Of a stretch of DNA of 64,000 nt, positions 37,323-45,040 are shown in pieces; position 1 is the first letter of the stretch; every line of letters begins with the position of its first letter. This DNA comes from Ekhidna sp. (GTDB taxonomy: Bacteria; Bacteroidota; Bacteroidia; Cytophagales; Cyclobacteriaceae), in assembly GCF_965247405.1 (NCBI RefSeq), contig NZ_OZ252014.1, forward strand, positions 2,938,569-3,002,568. The letters run 5' to 3'. The translations under genes and the position numbers were made by a program. The notes under the pieces are model-generated. The model was given only the letters and a program-made list of their open reading frames with translations. It ran no database searches and was not told where the DNA came from.

Positions 37323-39017
37323 TTAATAAGATTGAGTTCTCAAATCTCGCTTGTTCTGATAATTTAAAACTCCTACCAAGTCTTTTCCATCTCCTTTTAG
37401 TTCACCGGTGATGTTTAGATTGATTGTTTGTCCGGCTATATTGTTGGCGAAGCTGCCACGGCCTGAGCTAGAGCCTCTTGAGCCACCTCCAGAGCCGCCA
37501 CCTCCTAAATTTGACCTAGCATTTGCTACTGCTGCCTTTAAAGCTGCTCCGGCCGCTATTGCTGCTATTGATAATCCAAGCGTCAATTCAGGTCTACCAC
37601 TAAACAGAGAGTTTCTTATTGATATTAAAAGTTCTGACATGGCTTTCGATGCTAACCCTAATTTGATTAACTGATCTCCTATAGTATCAGCTATTCCTAA
37701 TCCTGCCCGCTCCAGAGCTGCTTGAAAACCTTCTGATCCTACAGCAACACCAAATCCTGAGAAAGCATTAGCTAACTCCTGTTGCATCTGCATAACCTCA
37801 CTTATTATAGGCTTTGCCATTTCTTTAAATCGGTCTGCATTCGCTTGCATTGCTTCAAAGTATGAATTGTCTAGCTGCAATGGCCCTACCTCTGCCTGCG
37901 GTGCTACTCCTACAGATTGACGGTTGGTGAGGGTGTTATTCCTTTGGTTTTGCCAATCTTGGTATGCTTTATTAGCTCTTTGGCGTTCTGCTGCTTCTTG
38001 AGCTACAGCATCGTTTATTTCTTTTTGTCTGGCTAAAAGACCATCTAATATTCCTTGTTTTTTTGCCCAGACTTCTCCATCTACCTTACCCGCTTCTTCT
38101 ACTTCTTTTCGATACCTTTTTATCAGTATGGATAGCTGTGTTTGTTCTGTGATTTGACCTTTTAGGCGTTCGGTCATTTCTTTTGCTCCTGCAATGGCAA
38201 GATCATAAGCTTCACCAAACCCTCTTAATCTTATTTGGCTTTCTGCATCTCCACCTAATGCTGATACGGCTGTATTTGCAAAATCTAGCATTGCTGCAAT
38301 CACTCCGCTTGACTGATCGCCTATGGTTTTCTTTAGTTGGGTGAAGTTATCCTCTAGGTTGGATATTTTACCTCCTACCGTCTCGGAGATAGCAGCCATA
38401 GATCCGCTCACTCCTGTAGCATCTCCCAGGCTTAGTATGTAATCACGGATGGCTTGGTCTGTGAAGTTTACCTGCGTTTCTACACCTTTGAATGTAAACC
38501 TGACCTTATCGCCTTCTTTTTGTGATCGTATACCAAATTCTTTTAATCGCTCAAACTCTCCTACCTGTGCGTCTATTACGGCTTCTGCTAATTGATCAAA
38601 GTCTTTGCCTGTGGATGCTGCTAAGTCGCCTAGCTTACGCATTTCGTTTGAAGTGGGTACAAATCCCTGATTTGCCAGCTTTACAAATGCGCCTGTAAGG
38701 CCGTCTACCTGGAAGGGTGTCTTAGATGCAAACTCAGTGATCATCTGCATCGCTTTTTGTGCTTCGCTCCCTGATCCTAATGTGTTGGATAGTACCGCTT
38801 CCATTTTTTGGAACTTGGCCGTGGTTTCTATCACGGATTTTCCAAAGGATACCATCGTGCCTACGGCGAACATTCCGGCTAGTGTTCCTTTGATTTGTCT
38901 GCTTATATTGGAAGACTGCTGCTGAAATCTGGATAGTGAACCTTTGGCGTTATTAAGGTCTTTTTCCAGCCGCTTTTTGTCGGCCATCAGGCGATATACT
39001 AATGCTTCGCTGCTCAT
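37323..39017 (-). CDS. Phage tail tape measure protein
   Basis: 564 aa. It has the TP901/PhageMin_Tail-type core (ITEFASKTPFQVDGLTGAFVKLANQGFVPTSNEMRKLGDLAASTGKDFDQLAEAVIDAQVGEFERLKEFGI), coiled coils and a Gly/Ser-rich C-terminus. Confidence 0.8.
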   Translation of the reverse strand: MSSEALVYRLMADKKRLEKDLNNAKGSLSRFQQQSSNISRQIKGTLAGMFAVGTMVSFGKSVIETTAKFQKMEAVLSNTLGSGSEAQKAMQMITEFASKTPFQVDGLTGAFVKLANQGFVPTSNEMRKLGDLAASTGKDFDQLAEAVIDAQVGEFERLKEFGIRSQKEGDKVRFTFKGVETQVNFTDQAIRDYILSLGDATGVSGSMAAISETVGGKISNLEDNFTQLKKTIGDQSSGVIAAMLDFANTAVSALGGDAESQIRLRGFGEAYDLAIAGAKEMTERLKGQITEQTQLSILIKRYRKEVEEAGKVDGEVWAKKQGILDGLLARQKEINDAVAQEAAERQRANKAYQDWQNQRNNTLTNRQSVGVAPQAEVGPLQLDNSYFEAMQANADRFKEMAKPIISEVMQMQQELANAFSGFGVAVGSEGFQAALERAGLGIADTIGDQLIKLGLASKAMSELLISIRNSLFSGRPELTLGLSIAAIAAGAALKAAVANARSNLGGGGSGGGSRGSSSGRGSFANNIAGQTINLNITGELKGDGKDLVGVLNYQNKRDLRTQSY

Positions 39018-39526
39018 CTAATTGCTTTCTTTATCTGGTCTCTCATTAGCTTTTTTGCTGCTTGCTCAAAGCTGGCTTTAATGGTGGTTTTTGCTTTGTC
39101 TGCAAAACGGGCGATGTAGTTGTCTCCGCCTCCTACACTCTTGCCCTGAAATGCGCCCCTGTTTGCGCCTGTGCCTCTAGTGGTTCTTTGGCCTGTATCG
39201 TCTTTCTGGTATAGCTTGGCTACTCCCTGTGCGCTCCAGTCTCTGTCTCCCATGGGTATATCCGGTCCATCTATAACAATACGTGCGCCGGGCAAATATC
39301 CCTTTCGACTCATCTTCCTCCTTACCATTCGGGCAAGTAGCAGGGCTTTACTTATCCCGTCTTTACTGGTAGATCCTTTGAATGCTTTTATCCCTGCTCT
39401 TACCTCATGTACTCCGGGGATTAGTGCTTTGCTGGCGGCACGGTTTAGGTCTTTGTCTGATAGCTGCAACTTATCCAGCACGTTTAGTGCTTTCTTGAAG
39501 TCTCTATCGTCAAATCCTGTTTTCAT
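39014..39526 (-). CDS. Phage structural protein, HK97 gp10-like (tentative)
   Basis: 170 aa. Its stop overlaps the tape measure start as ATGA. The N-terminal pattern FKKALNVLDKL...AASKALIPGVHEVRAGIK resembles gp10-family tail-completion proteins. Confidence 0.4.
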   Translation of the reverse strand: MKTGFDDRDFKKALNVLDKLQLSDKDLNRAASKALIPGVHEVRAGIKAFKGSTSKDGISKALLLARMVRRKMSRKGYLPGARIVIDGPDIPMGDRDWSAQGVAKLYQKDDTGQRTTRGTGANRGAFQGKSVGGGDNYIARFADKAKTTIKASFEQAAKKLMRDQIKKAIR

Positions 39527-39624
39527 TCCCCCTCAGTTGAAAAAAGGGAACTCCTCATTTAATGGAAATTCAAATAATGGACGTTTTTGAAATTGAAGCG
39601 AGAGGAGCCCCTTTGCCAAACTAT

Positions 39625-39759
39625 TTAACCAAACTCTTTCTTGTGTTCCTTTATAACATCCTTGATGGATGAGGCTTTGTACTCTTTACCTTGCTCGAAT
39701 ACCTCCAACTTGCCGTTGTTATATGCCTGAAATGTTCTAAGTGCTTTTAATTTTTCCAT
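39625..39759 (-). CDS. Small phage ORF (44 aa) coupled to capsid gene
   Basis: The protein is MEKLKALRTFQAYNNGKLEVFEQGKEYKASSIKDVIKEHKKEFG. Its ATG shares one base with the capsid stop (TAATG). It is below the size cut-off of the ORF track. Confidence 0.3.
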   Translation of the reverse strand: MEKLKALRTFQAYNNGKLEVFEQGKEYKASSIKDVIKEHKKEFG

Positions 39760-40964
39760 TATGCTGCTGCTATGTATCTGATTTTAGTAAATGATTCTGC
39801 GTATCGTAGTGTCACTGCCATTCTCATGGTCAACCTAAATACGGTCTGATCATAGTCTGATCTTCTGTAAGGATCAATGAAAACATTAGGATTTAATCGA
39901 ATGGACACAACTGCATCTGAGAAGTTCCCCAAGATTGAAGTTGAGAGATCAGTACCACTTCCAACCGTTCCATTAATTGGTAAAGCCTGACTTATTAGTA
40001 CATCAACATCATCCAGGAATTCTGGCTTCATTAATGGCTGATTGTCACTTGCTTGAAGGTTAGACAGATCCGCCAATGTTCTAGGGTGATGAATAAGCGA
40101 TAAACTATCTGAGTTACCTTTAGCTGTAAGGATTGCTTCTTTAGCATCAATAAGCTTACCGTAATCTGCAAAAGCTGCACCATCACCTGAACCAAGCGAA
40201 ACAACGTTAATTCCTGATTGATTAATTATTCCGGTTGGTTCGTTAGATGAACCAGAACCAGCCAAAGCGGCCGCATCTAAAGCCTCAGATGCTCTTCTTT
40301 GTAAGTGGTTATCTAGGAATTGGGCACCTACTACCATATCCTGCAACACCTCGTTAGGAACAGTAACATTTAAAGCGAACTTTGTGAACGTTGGTGATAT
40401 AGCTGTAAAAGCTGGGTCACTATCTGCTATTTGATCAGATTCTGCATACCAGGCACCTGTTACATTAGTGGATACCTTTGCCTCTTCAAACTTGTTTCCG
40501 TTCGGCTCTGATTGTAAATCTCTAATAACTCCACCGGCCTTGGTGAATGATGAAAAGTTAAATAGCCCCGGAACGATTTGATTTAATTGGTGAGTAGGGA
40601 TCAAATCGCTATCACTGGACGAGCTAAGAGCTTTATTTTGTAGCTCTAGTTTTTTGAGAGCTTTTGTTTGTAGGATTTTGCCTAATGAAAATTCCTTGTC
40701 TGTTTTTGTTCCATTGGAATGAACATTAAAATCTCCGGTCAGAGTTTTACCTTCCTCTGCTGCTCGTTGGCCTTCTCTTTCTTCAGCCTTCTTTGCTGCT
40801 GTTAATGTTTTGCTTAGATCGTTCAGCTCCTTTTGAACGTCAACGATCTCATTGGTGGCATTATTCTGATCTTTCTTATCAGTGCTGCTCTTGATTTTAG
40901 CTAGGAGTTTTTCTTCTTTTTCCTCCAGCTGGGCAATTTTTGCCTCTAATTCATGTATCTCCAT
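39759..40964 (-). CDS. HK97-fold major capsid protein with N-terminal coiled-coil (delta/scaffold-like) domain
   Basis: 401 aa directly downstream of the prohead protease. It has an N-terminal heptad-rich segment of about 80 aa and a capsid-type motif ALDAAALAGSGSSNEPTGIIN. Confidence 0.8.
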   Translation of the reverse strand: MEIHELEAKIAQLEEKEEKLLAKIKSSTDKKDQNNATNEIVDVQKELNDLSKTLTAAKKAEEREGQRAAEEGKTLTGDFNVHSNGTKTDKEFSLGKILQTKALKKLELQNKALSSSSDSDLIPTHQLNQIVPGLFNFSSFTKAGGVIRDLQSEPNGNKFEEAKVSTNVTGAWYAESDQIADSDPAFTAISPTFTKFALNVTVPNEVLQDMVVGAQFLDNHLQRRASEALDAAALAGSGSSNEPTGIINQSGINVVSLGSGDGAAFADYGKLIDAKEAILTAKGNSDSLSLIHHPRTLADLSNLQASDNQPLMKPEFLDDVDVLISQALPINGTVGSGTDLSTSILGNFSDAVVSIRLNPNVFIDPYRRSDYDQTVFRLTMRMAVTLRYAESFTKIRYIAAA

Positions 40965-40987
40965 GTTTTGTCCTTTTTTTGAGTTTT

Positions 40988-41581
40988 TTATTTGTAAGTC
41001 CTTAGTCTTTTGTTCCTTGCTGCATTCGCCAGTACGTAATCAACTTTTTGGCCATGGTCGATTACTAGCGTAGGCGTACTGCTGTTACTGCCTCTCAACA
41101 CCGCACTACATTCAATTAATTCTATATTTTTTACCACATAGAAAAGTGTGGCTTCTTCCGCCTTTTCTGGGTTAGCAATCTGATTTATATACTGATCCCA
41201 CACGGCCTTTTCTTTCGGGCTTTCTTTGTCGTTTATGGCTAACTCTATCTCACGATAGCGCATCCCAATTGAATGTTGTTTTATTAGTCCTAGCTTGTAA
41301 GAGTTGTGAATTTTTTCATCTAGTTCCTCTAATACTTCTGATCGATAAATAAGGCATTCAGTAGATCCGGTTGCGCTAATTCCCAGCTTTTCAAAACTTA
41401 CCTGTTCGGCAGTAACATTCTTTACTATGCCTACATGACCGTCACTGAATTGCTTATGATCCTTGAGATGGTTCCATCCTTCCTTTCGGTAAATAGACTC
41501 ATTGTAATTACCTGGTATATGAACATCTAAATGACTGTCCATAATATTGGTTGAATTGGCAACTACTTTTACGGTTATCAT
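40988..41581 (-). CDS. HK97-family prohead serine protease
   Basis: 197 aa. It has a His region (DSHLDVHIPG), a Ser region (KQHSIGMRY) and a C-terminal IELIECSAVLRGSNSSTP, matching the S78/U35 protease pattern. Its position upstream of the capsid gene also fits. Confidence 0.7.
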   Translation of the reverse strand: MITVKVVANSTNIMDSHLDVHIPGNYNESIYRKEGWNHLKDHKQFSDGHVGIVKNVTAEQVSFEKLGISATGSTECLIYRSEVLEELDEKIHNSYKLGLIKQHSIGMRYREIELAINDKESPKEKAVWDQYINQIANPEKAEEATLFYVVKNIELIECSAVLRGSNSSTPTLVIDHGQKVDYVLANAARNKRLRTYK

Positions 41582-41736
41582 TCTTCCTCCTTGATGATTT
41601 TAACCTCTACCTCTAAAGGGTCAGTGTATTTAATGGAGTCCTTCTTTTCCTGAATAAGTGCTTCTTTGTTCTCTCTCAGATATTTGAGGCGTTCCTTTTT
41701 GTCTTTGATGGTGGTGGGGTCTATTGGCTTATTCAT
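41578..41736 (-). CDS. Small phage ORF (52 aa) coupled to protease gene
   Basis: The protein is MNKPIDPTTIKDKKERLKYLRENKEALIQEKKDSIKYTDPLEVEVKIIKEEE. Its stop overlaps the protease start as ATGA. It is below the ORF-track cut-off. Confidence 0.35.
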   Translation of the reverse strand: MNKPIDPTTIKDKKERLKYLRENKEALIQEKKDSIKYTDPLEVEVKIIKEEE

Positions 41737-42436
41737 AAGTTTTTCTAATTTCTCTATTTATCCACCCATAGAATGCTTTCCTATTATTAGCATAATCGTC
41801 TGCAATTTCACCAGTGACAATTTTATTCATGATTGTAAAGAATGACTTTTTAAGAATTGTAACATCATCCATTAGGACCATATAATTTGAGTTAAACACT
41901 TCTGAATGATCTATCTTTTCCCAGGTTGATTTAGAATCCCTTTTAATCACTTTTCCAAATAGATATTGATCTTTACTTTCTGGAGCATAATCAAAACATT
42001 TGCCGTCACTGTATAAATAAATGGATCCTGTAGATTTACTAAGTCTAACCTCACTCGTGATAGGATAGTAGCTTGCTTCAGTACTTTTTTGTCTAATTAA
42101 ATAATCCAGTACTAAGTGCGGCGGGTGATTAAATTTCCCCAAATGGTAGCCTTCACCAGAATCCATAGCACAACGATTCATAGCTGTTGGAACATCGTTA
42201 AGGGTTCTGGATGTGGCTAGAACATAGATATAGTATCCTATTTCCTGATGTTCAATTTTATCATAGCCTTTTCTGAAATCAAACATTCCCGGATTCCAGA
42301 GACGTATGCTTTTAGCTACCTCTTCACATTTCCTTTTTCCAAAAAGATCATGAAGAAACGGTAATCCAACTAACTGTCCTATTGTCATTTTTGAGTGATT
42401 TAAAAGTTTATTCAAAAGTACGATGCTGAATTGCAT
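41729..42436 (-). CDS. Hypothetical protein, lead gene of the structural operon
   Basis: 235 aa with no family recognised. It occupies the position where a portal or terminase gene would normally precede the prohead protease. Confidence 0.5.
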   Translation of the reverse strand: MQFSIVLLNKLLNHSKMTIGQLVGLPFLHDLFGKRKCEEVAKSIRLWNPGMFDFRKGYDKIEHQEIGYYIYVLATSRTLNDVPTAMNRCAMDSGEGYHLGKFNHPPHLVLDYLIRQKSTEASYYPITSEVRLSKSTGSIYLYSDGKCFDYAPESKDQYLFGKVIKRDSKSTWEKIDHSEVFNSNYMVLMDDVTILKKSFFTIMNKIVTGEIADDYANNRKAFYGWINREIRKTYE

Positions 42437-42441
42437 TAAGG

Positions 42442-42517
42442 AGTAAACTTATTTGATAATAACAAAATTGGGAATTAATAAATACGAATTTGTTTTTATT
42501 ATGAAAATAAGTTTACT
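42442..42517. promoter_or_regulatory. Divergent control region with 13-bp perfect inverted repeat
   Basis: agtaaacttattt (42442-42454) and aaataagtttact (42505-42517) bracket a 50-bp A/T-rich spacer between the two divergent modules. Confidence 0.45.
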
Positions 42518-42526
42518 TTGCTCATT

Positions 42527-42721
42527 ATGAGGACTAAACTAGAAGTATTTACCACCGATTACTTTCAAAAGGAGCTAGGTAACCCTCATAGAACTATCAA
42601 GGAATCTTTTGAAATCGCAAATCAAAAATTCTGCAACCACTGCCAGTTCTATGCCTACAGCGACTACCGAAGTTATCAGGTCACCTTAAAAAAGTCGAAA
42701 ACCAAAAAAGAGAACGTATGA
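42527..42721 (+). CDS. Small hypothetical protein (first gene of rightward module)
   Basis: 64 aa counted from the ATG at 42527 (the ORF opens at the TTG at 42518). It contains CNHCQ and is basic at the C-terminus. A regulator or excisionase role is possible but unsupported. Confidence 0.4.
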   Translation: MRTKLEVFTTDYFQKELGNPHRTIKESFEIANQKFCNHCQFYAYSDYRSYQVTLKKSKTKKENV

Positions 42722-43176
42722 AAACTAACGAAACTGCATTATCAGGTATTCAAGCCAGCATAGAACAGAAGAAGAGGGAAGCTTTCAAGAAGCTTCGACA
42801 GTTATACACTCACGTACACGGAAAGCCAGCACCGTATTATAACGACGATACGGCGAACTCCTTAACCCGTTGCATTATTGACTACCTGGAGTGTAAAGGA
42901 CATCAAGCTGAACGAGTGAATTGTTTTGGCAATCCAATTCCTCAGGGCAATGGTCTCTACAAGTTTGGGAAAACGAATATGAATTTAGGTACTAGCGACA
43001 TCCATGCCGTTTGTGAAGGCATTGCTTTGAAAATCGAAGTAAAGATAGGATCTGATCGAATGAGCAGCTACCAAAAACAATACCGTGATCAGGTTATTGC
43101 TGCAGGTGGAAAATACTTTGTGGCGAGAAGTTTTGACAAGTTTTTGATTTGGTTTCATAATGAGTTTGGAGGATGA
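42718..43176 (+). CDS. VRR-NUC / PD-(D/E)xK nuclease
   Basis: GTSDIHAVCEGIALKIEVKIGSDRMSSYQKQYRDQVIAAGGKYFVA fits the D...E-x-K core and the S..Q...aGG tail of VRR-NUC domains. Confidence 0.65.
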   Translation: MKTNETALSGIQASIEQKKREAFKKLRQLYTHVHGKPAPYYNDDTANSLTRCIIDYLECKGHQAERVNCFGNPIPQGNGLYKFGKTNMNLGTSDIHAVCEGIALKIEVKIGSDRMSSYQKQYRDQVIAAGGKYFVARSFDKFLIWFHNEFGG

Positions 43177-43616
43177 GTGAAAATAGTGACGCTAGATACT
43201 TAAGTCTAAAAAATAGCTTTCTTATGTATTATGAGCATACTGAAGATTTTGAGCTATTAACGGATGAACAGATAGGGAAGCTCATGAGGGCTGTCGATTC
43301 TTTTGAACGTCATGGAGAAACAGGGGTAGAATTCGAAGACCCATTATCTAAAAGCCTTTACAGAAAGATGGAAAAAGTGTTATCTGAGAATAAAATCAAG
43401 TACATCGAGAAATGTAAAAGAAACGGCAGTAATGCCAAGAAAGATCCTGGCAAACCAAGAGAGCTATCCTATCAGTTTGTGAGTGCCTTGGTTAAAAAAC
43501 ACTCATCGCTAAGCATTAGCAATCATTTCAAAATGCTTGAAAAAAATGGCGCTGATGGTAAGCCTCTTTGGAGCTTTATAGATAAAAAAACTGAGAATAA
43601 TTTTTTAGTCAAATGA
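43173..43616 (+). CDS. Phage protein, DUF6291-like (tentative replication-associated)
   Basis: 147 aa. The pattern LTDEQIGKLMRAV...GE...EDPLSKSLYRKMEKVLSENKIKYIEKCKRNGSNAKK resembles DUF6291 proteins of Bacteroidota phages. Confidence 0.35.
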   Translation: MSENSDARYLSLKNSFLMYYEHTEDFELLTDEQIGKLMRAVDSFERHGETGVEFEDPLSKSLYRKMEKVLSENKIKYIEKCKRNGSNAKKDPGKPRELSYQFVSALVKKHSSLSISNHFKMLEKNGADGKPLWSFIDKKTENNFLVK

Positions 43617-43669
43617 AAAGCCAAACAAACCCAGTGGGTTTATTACGATACTACATGGGTTGCGATATA

Positions 43670-43715
43670 ATCTATATCTATATCTGTTTCCCTAATCTGG
43701 ATCTATATCTATATC
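43670..43715. repeat. Iteron-like direct repeats
   Basis: The 15-mer atctatatctatatc occurs at 43670-43684 and 43701-43715, with 31 bp between starts. It lies in a segment that is probably non-coding (43617-43747). Confidence 0.5.
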
Positions 43716-43747
43716 AGATAATACCATTTCGCGAAAATTTTGAAAAA

Positions 43748-43915
43748 ATGAAAATCAACACAAAGGTAAAAACCCGGATGCTTCAGCTCTTAGATGAGAT
43801 GATATATGAAATCCGTGAGATTGAAAACACTCATCCTTTCAGCAATATGCCACCGGAGGATCTCCCAGTCATTTACCTATTGAAGAAAATAGCAGAACTA
43901 GAATTAGAACTATAA
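43748..43915 (+). CDS. Small hypothetical phage protein
   Basis: 55 aa counted from the ATG at 43748 (MKINTKVKTRMLQLL...). The longer ORF-track version starting at 43613 would read through the iterons, so it is not preferred. Confidence 0.35.
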   Translation: MKINTKVKTRMLQLLDEMIYEIREIENTHPFSNMPPEDLPVIYLLKKIAELELEL

Positions 43916-43927
43916 ACCAATACAATT

Positions 43928-44092
43928 ATGAAAAATGAGAACGAAAAACCACTAGCAACTTTCGAAAAAGAAGGAATTACCCATGGGTTCTTTCAGGCTC
44001 CTGAAAGTGATTATCCATTAATCGAGATCATCAAACGTCTAGACACTATGGAAACTGTCTCTCATGTTTTTGACAGGGAGCGTAAAAACTGA
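43928..44092 (+). CDS. Small hypothetical phage protein
   Basis: 54 aa (MKNENEKPLATFEKEGITHGFFQAPESDYPLIEIIKRLDTMETVSHVFDRERKN). It fills a gap in the rightward module and is below the ORF-track cut-off. Confidence 0.3.
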   Translation: MKNENEKPLATFEKEGITHGFFQAPESDYPLIEIIKRLDTMETVSHVFDRERKN

Positions 44093-44125
44093 AAATGAAT
44101 TTTAGAACATAAAAATCAAATTACA

Positions 44126-44416
44126 ATGAACAACATTAACAAGAAAATTGAAGGTTTAGAATCTCAACTAGGCAAAAACCTTGAGATAGACTGGACAGAT
44201 TCTATTACAAGAATACTTAATGAAACATGCATAAATAATGCGTTGCTTCTAGGGCTTACTAAAAGGCTCATTGAAAAGGATCCATTGGTAACCGATGTGG
44301 AAAAAGAGGTAGAAGAGGAGATAGAGGAAGCTGAAGAAAGAGCAGAGAAAATGTATGTTGAAATTCTTTCCGATTTGATTAATAAAACAGAAAAAAGGAG
44401 AAATAATGGAAACTAA
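44126..44416 (+). CDS. Small acidic coiled-coil phage protein
   Basis: 96 aa with a Glu-rich helix (EKEVEEEIEEAEERAEKMYVE). Confidence 0.4.
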   Translation: MNNINKKIEGLESQLGKNLEIDWTDSITRILNETCINNALLLGLTKRLIEKDPLVTDVEKEVEEEIEEAEERAEKMYVEILSDLINKTEKRRNNGN

Positions 44417-44660
44417 AAAGAATACAAGTTCAGGGCCTAGTTTAAACGTGAGAGGCTATAACAAACTGAAAAGGGCTGAAGCTATGATCGCGGGGGCAAT
44501 GGCTCTTATTGAGGATGATACCCCTAATTCATGTATTACCCTATTGGATAATGCAATGATGAATATTCGAGAAATAACCAATAAAATCGGAAGTCGAGAA
44601 TTGCACTTTTCCACTGTAGAGGAAAGCCGAAAAGAACCAAATTTAGAGCATCTTTATTGA
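44406..44660 (+). CDS. Small hypothetical phage protein
   Basis: 84 aa. It overlaps the previous ORF by 11 nt. Confidence 0.4.
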   Translation: METKKNTSSGPSLNVRGYNKLKRAEAMIAGAMALIEDDTPNSCITLLDNAMMNIREITNKIGSRELHFSTVEESRKEPNLEHLY

Positions 44661-44806
44661 GATCAGTAAATTGTAACATTCTAATAAAATGCTTTCTAAA
44701 AAATGGTCACGTAAAAAAGAAATCAGGGATTGGGTTTCGGCTCGATCCCTAAAAAACAATTAAGCATCCCCCTCCCCAAATTTTTAACAATAAACTGCAA
44801 ATAATT

Positions 44807-45040
44807 ATGAAATACGAAGACGCACTTGATTCTATCAAAAGACAGTTAGAAGATTGCCCGATTTATTTCTTTGAAGATACAAAAGAGGTTCTCGGTAATC
44901 TAAAATCTCAGTATGATAAAATATATCAGGGCCAACTATCAGAATCGGAAATAGACAGGCTTAGTAAAGCTGTAATCAACATTCATTTTGAAAACATGTT
45001 CAATGAACTGTTGGACATCAAGAATGAATTACTGTCATGA
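44807..45040 (+). CDS. Small hypothetical phage protein upstream of integrase
   Basis: 77 aa. Its stop overlaps the integrase start as ATGA. The position is compatible with an excisionase or accessory factor, but no motif supports this. Confidence 0.4.
   Translation: MKYEDALDSIKRQLEDCPIYFFEDTKEVLGNLKSQYDKIYQGQLSESEIDRLSKAVINIHFENMFNELLDIKNELLS

Noticed and set aside
37408-37674. 88-aa plus-strand ORF inside the tape measure gene (PELEPLEPPPEPPPP)
   Set aside because: It is the antisense reading of the Gly/Ser-rich tape measure C-terminus and is a compositional artefact.
43670-43715. The direct repeats as a CRISPR array
   Set aside because: There are only two 15-bp copies, made of a simple TATC-type sequence, with no cas genes nearby. 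An iteron or operator-type explanation fits better.
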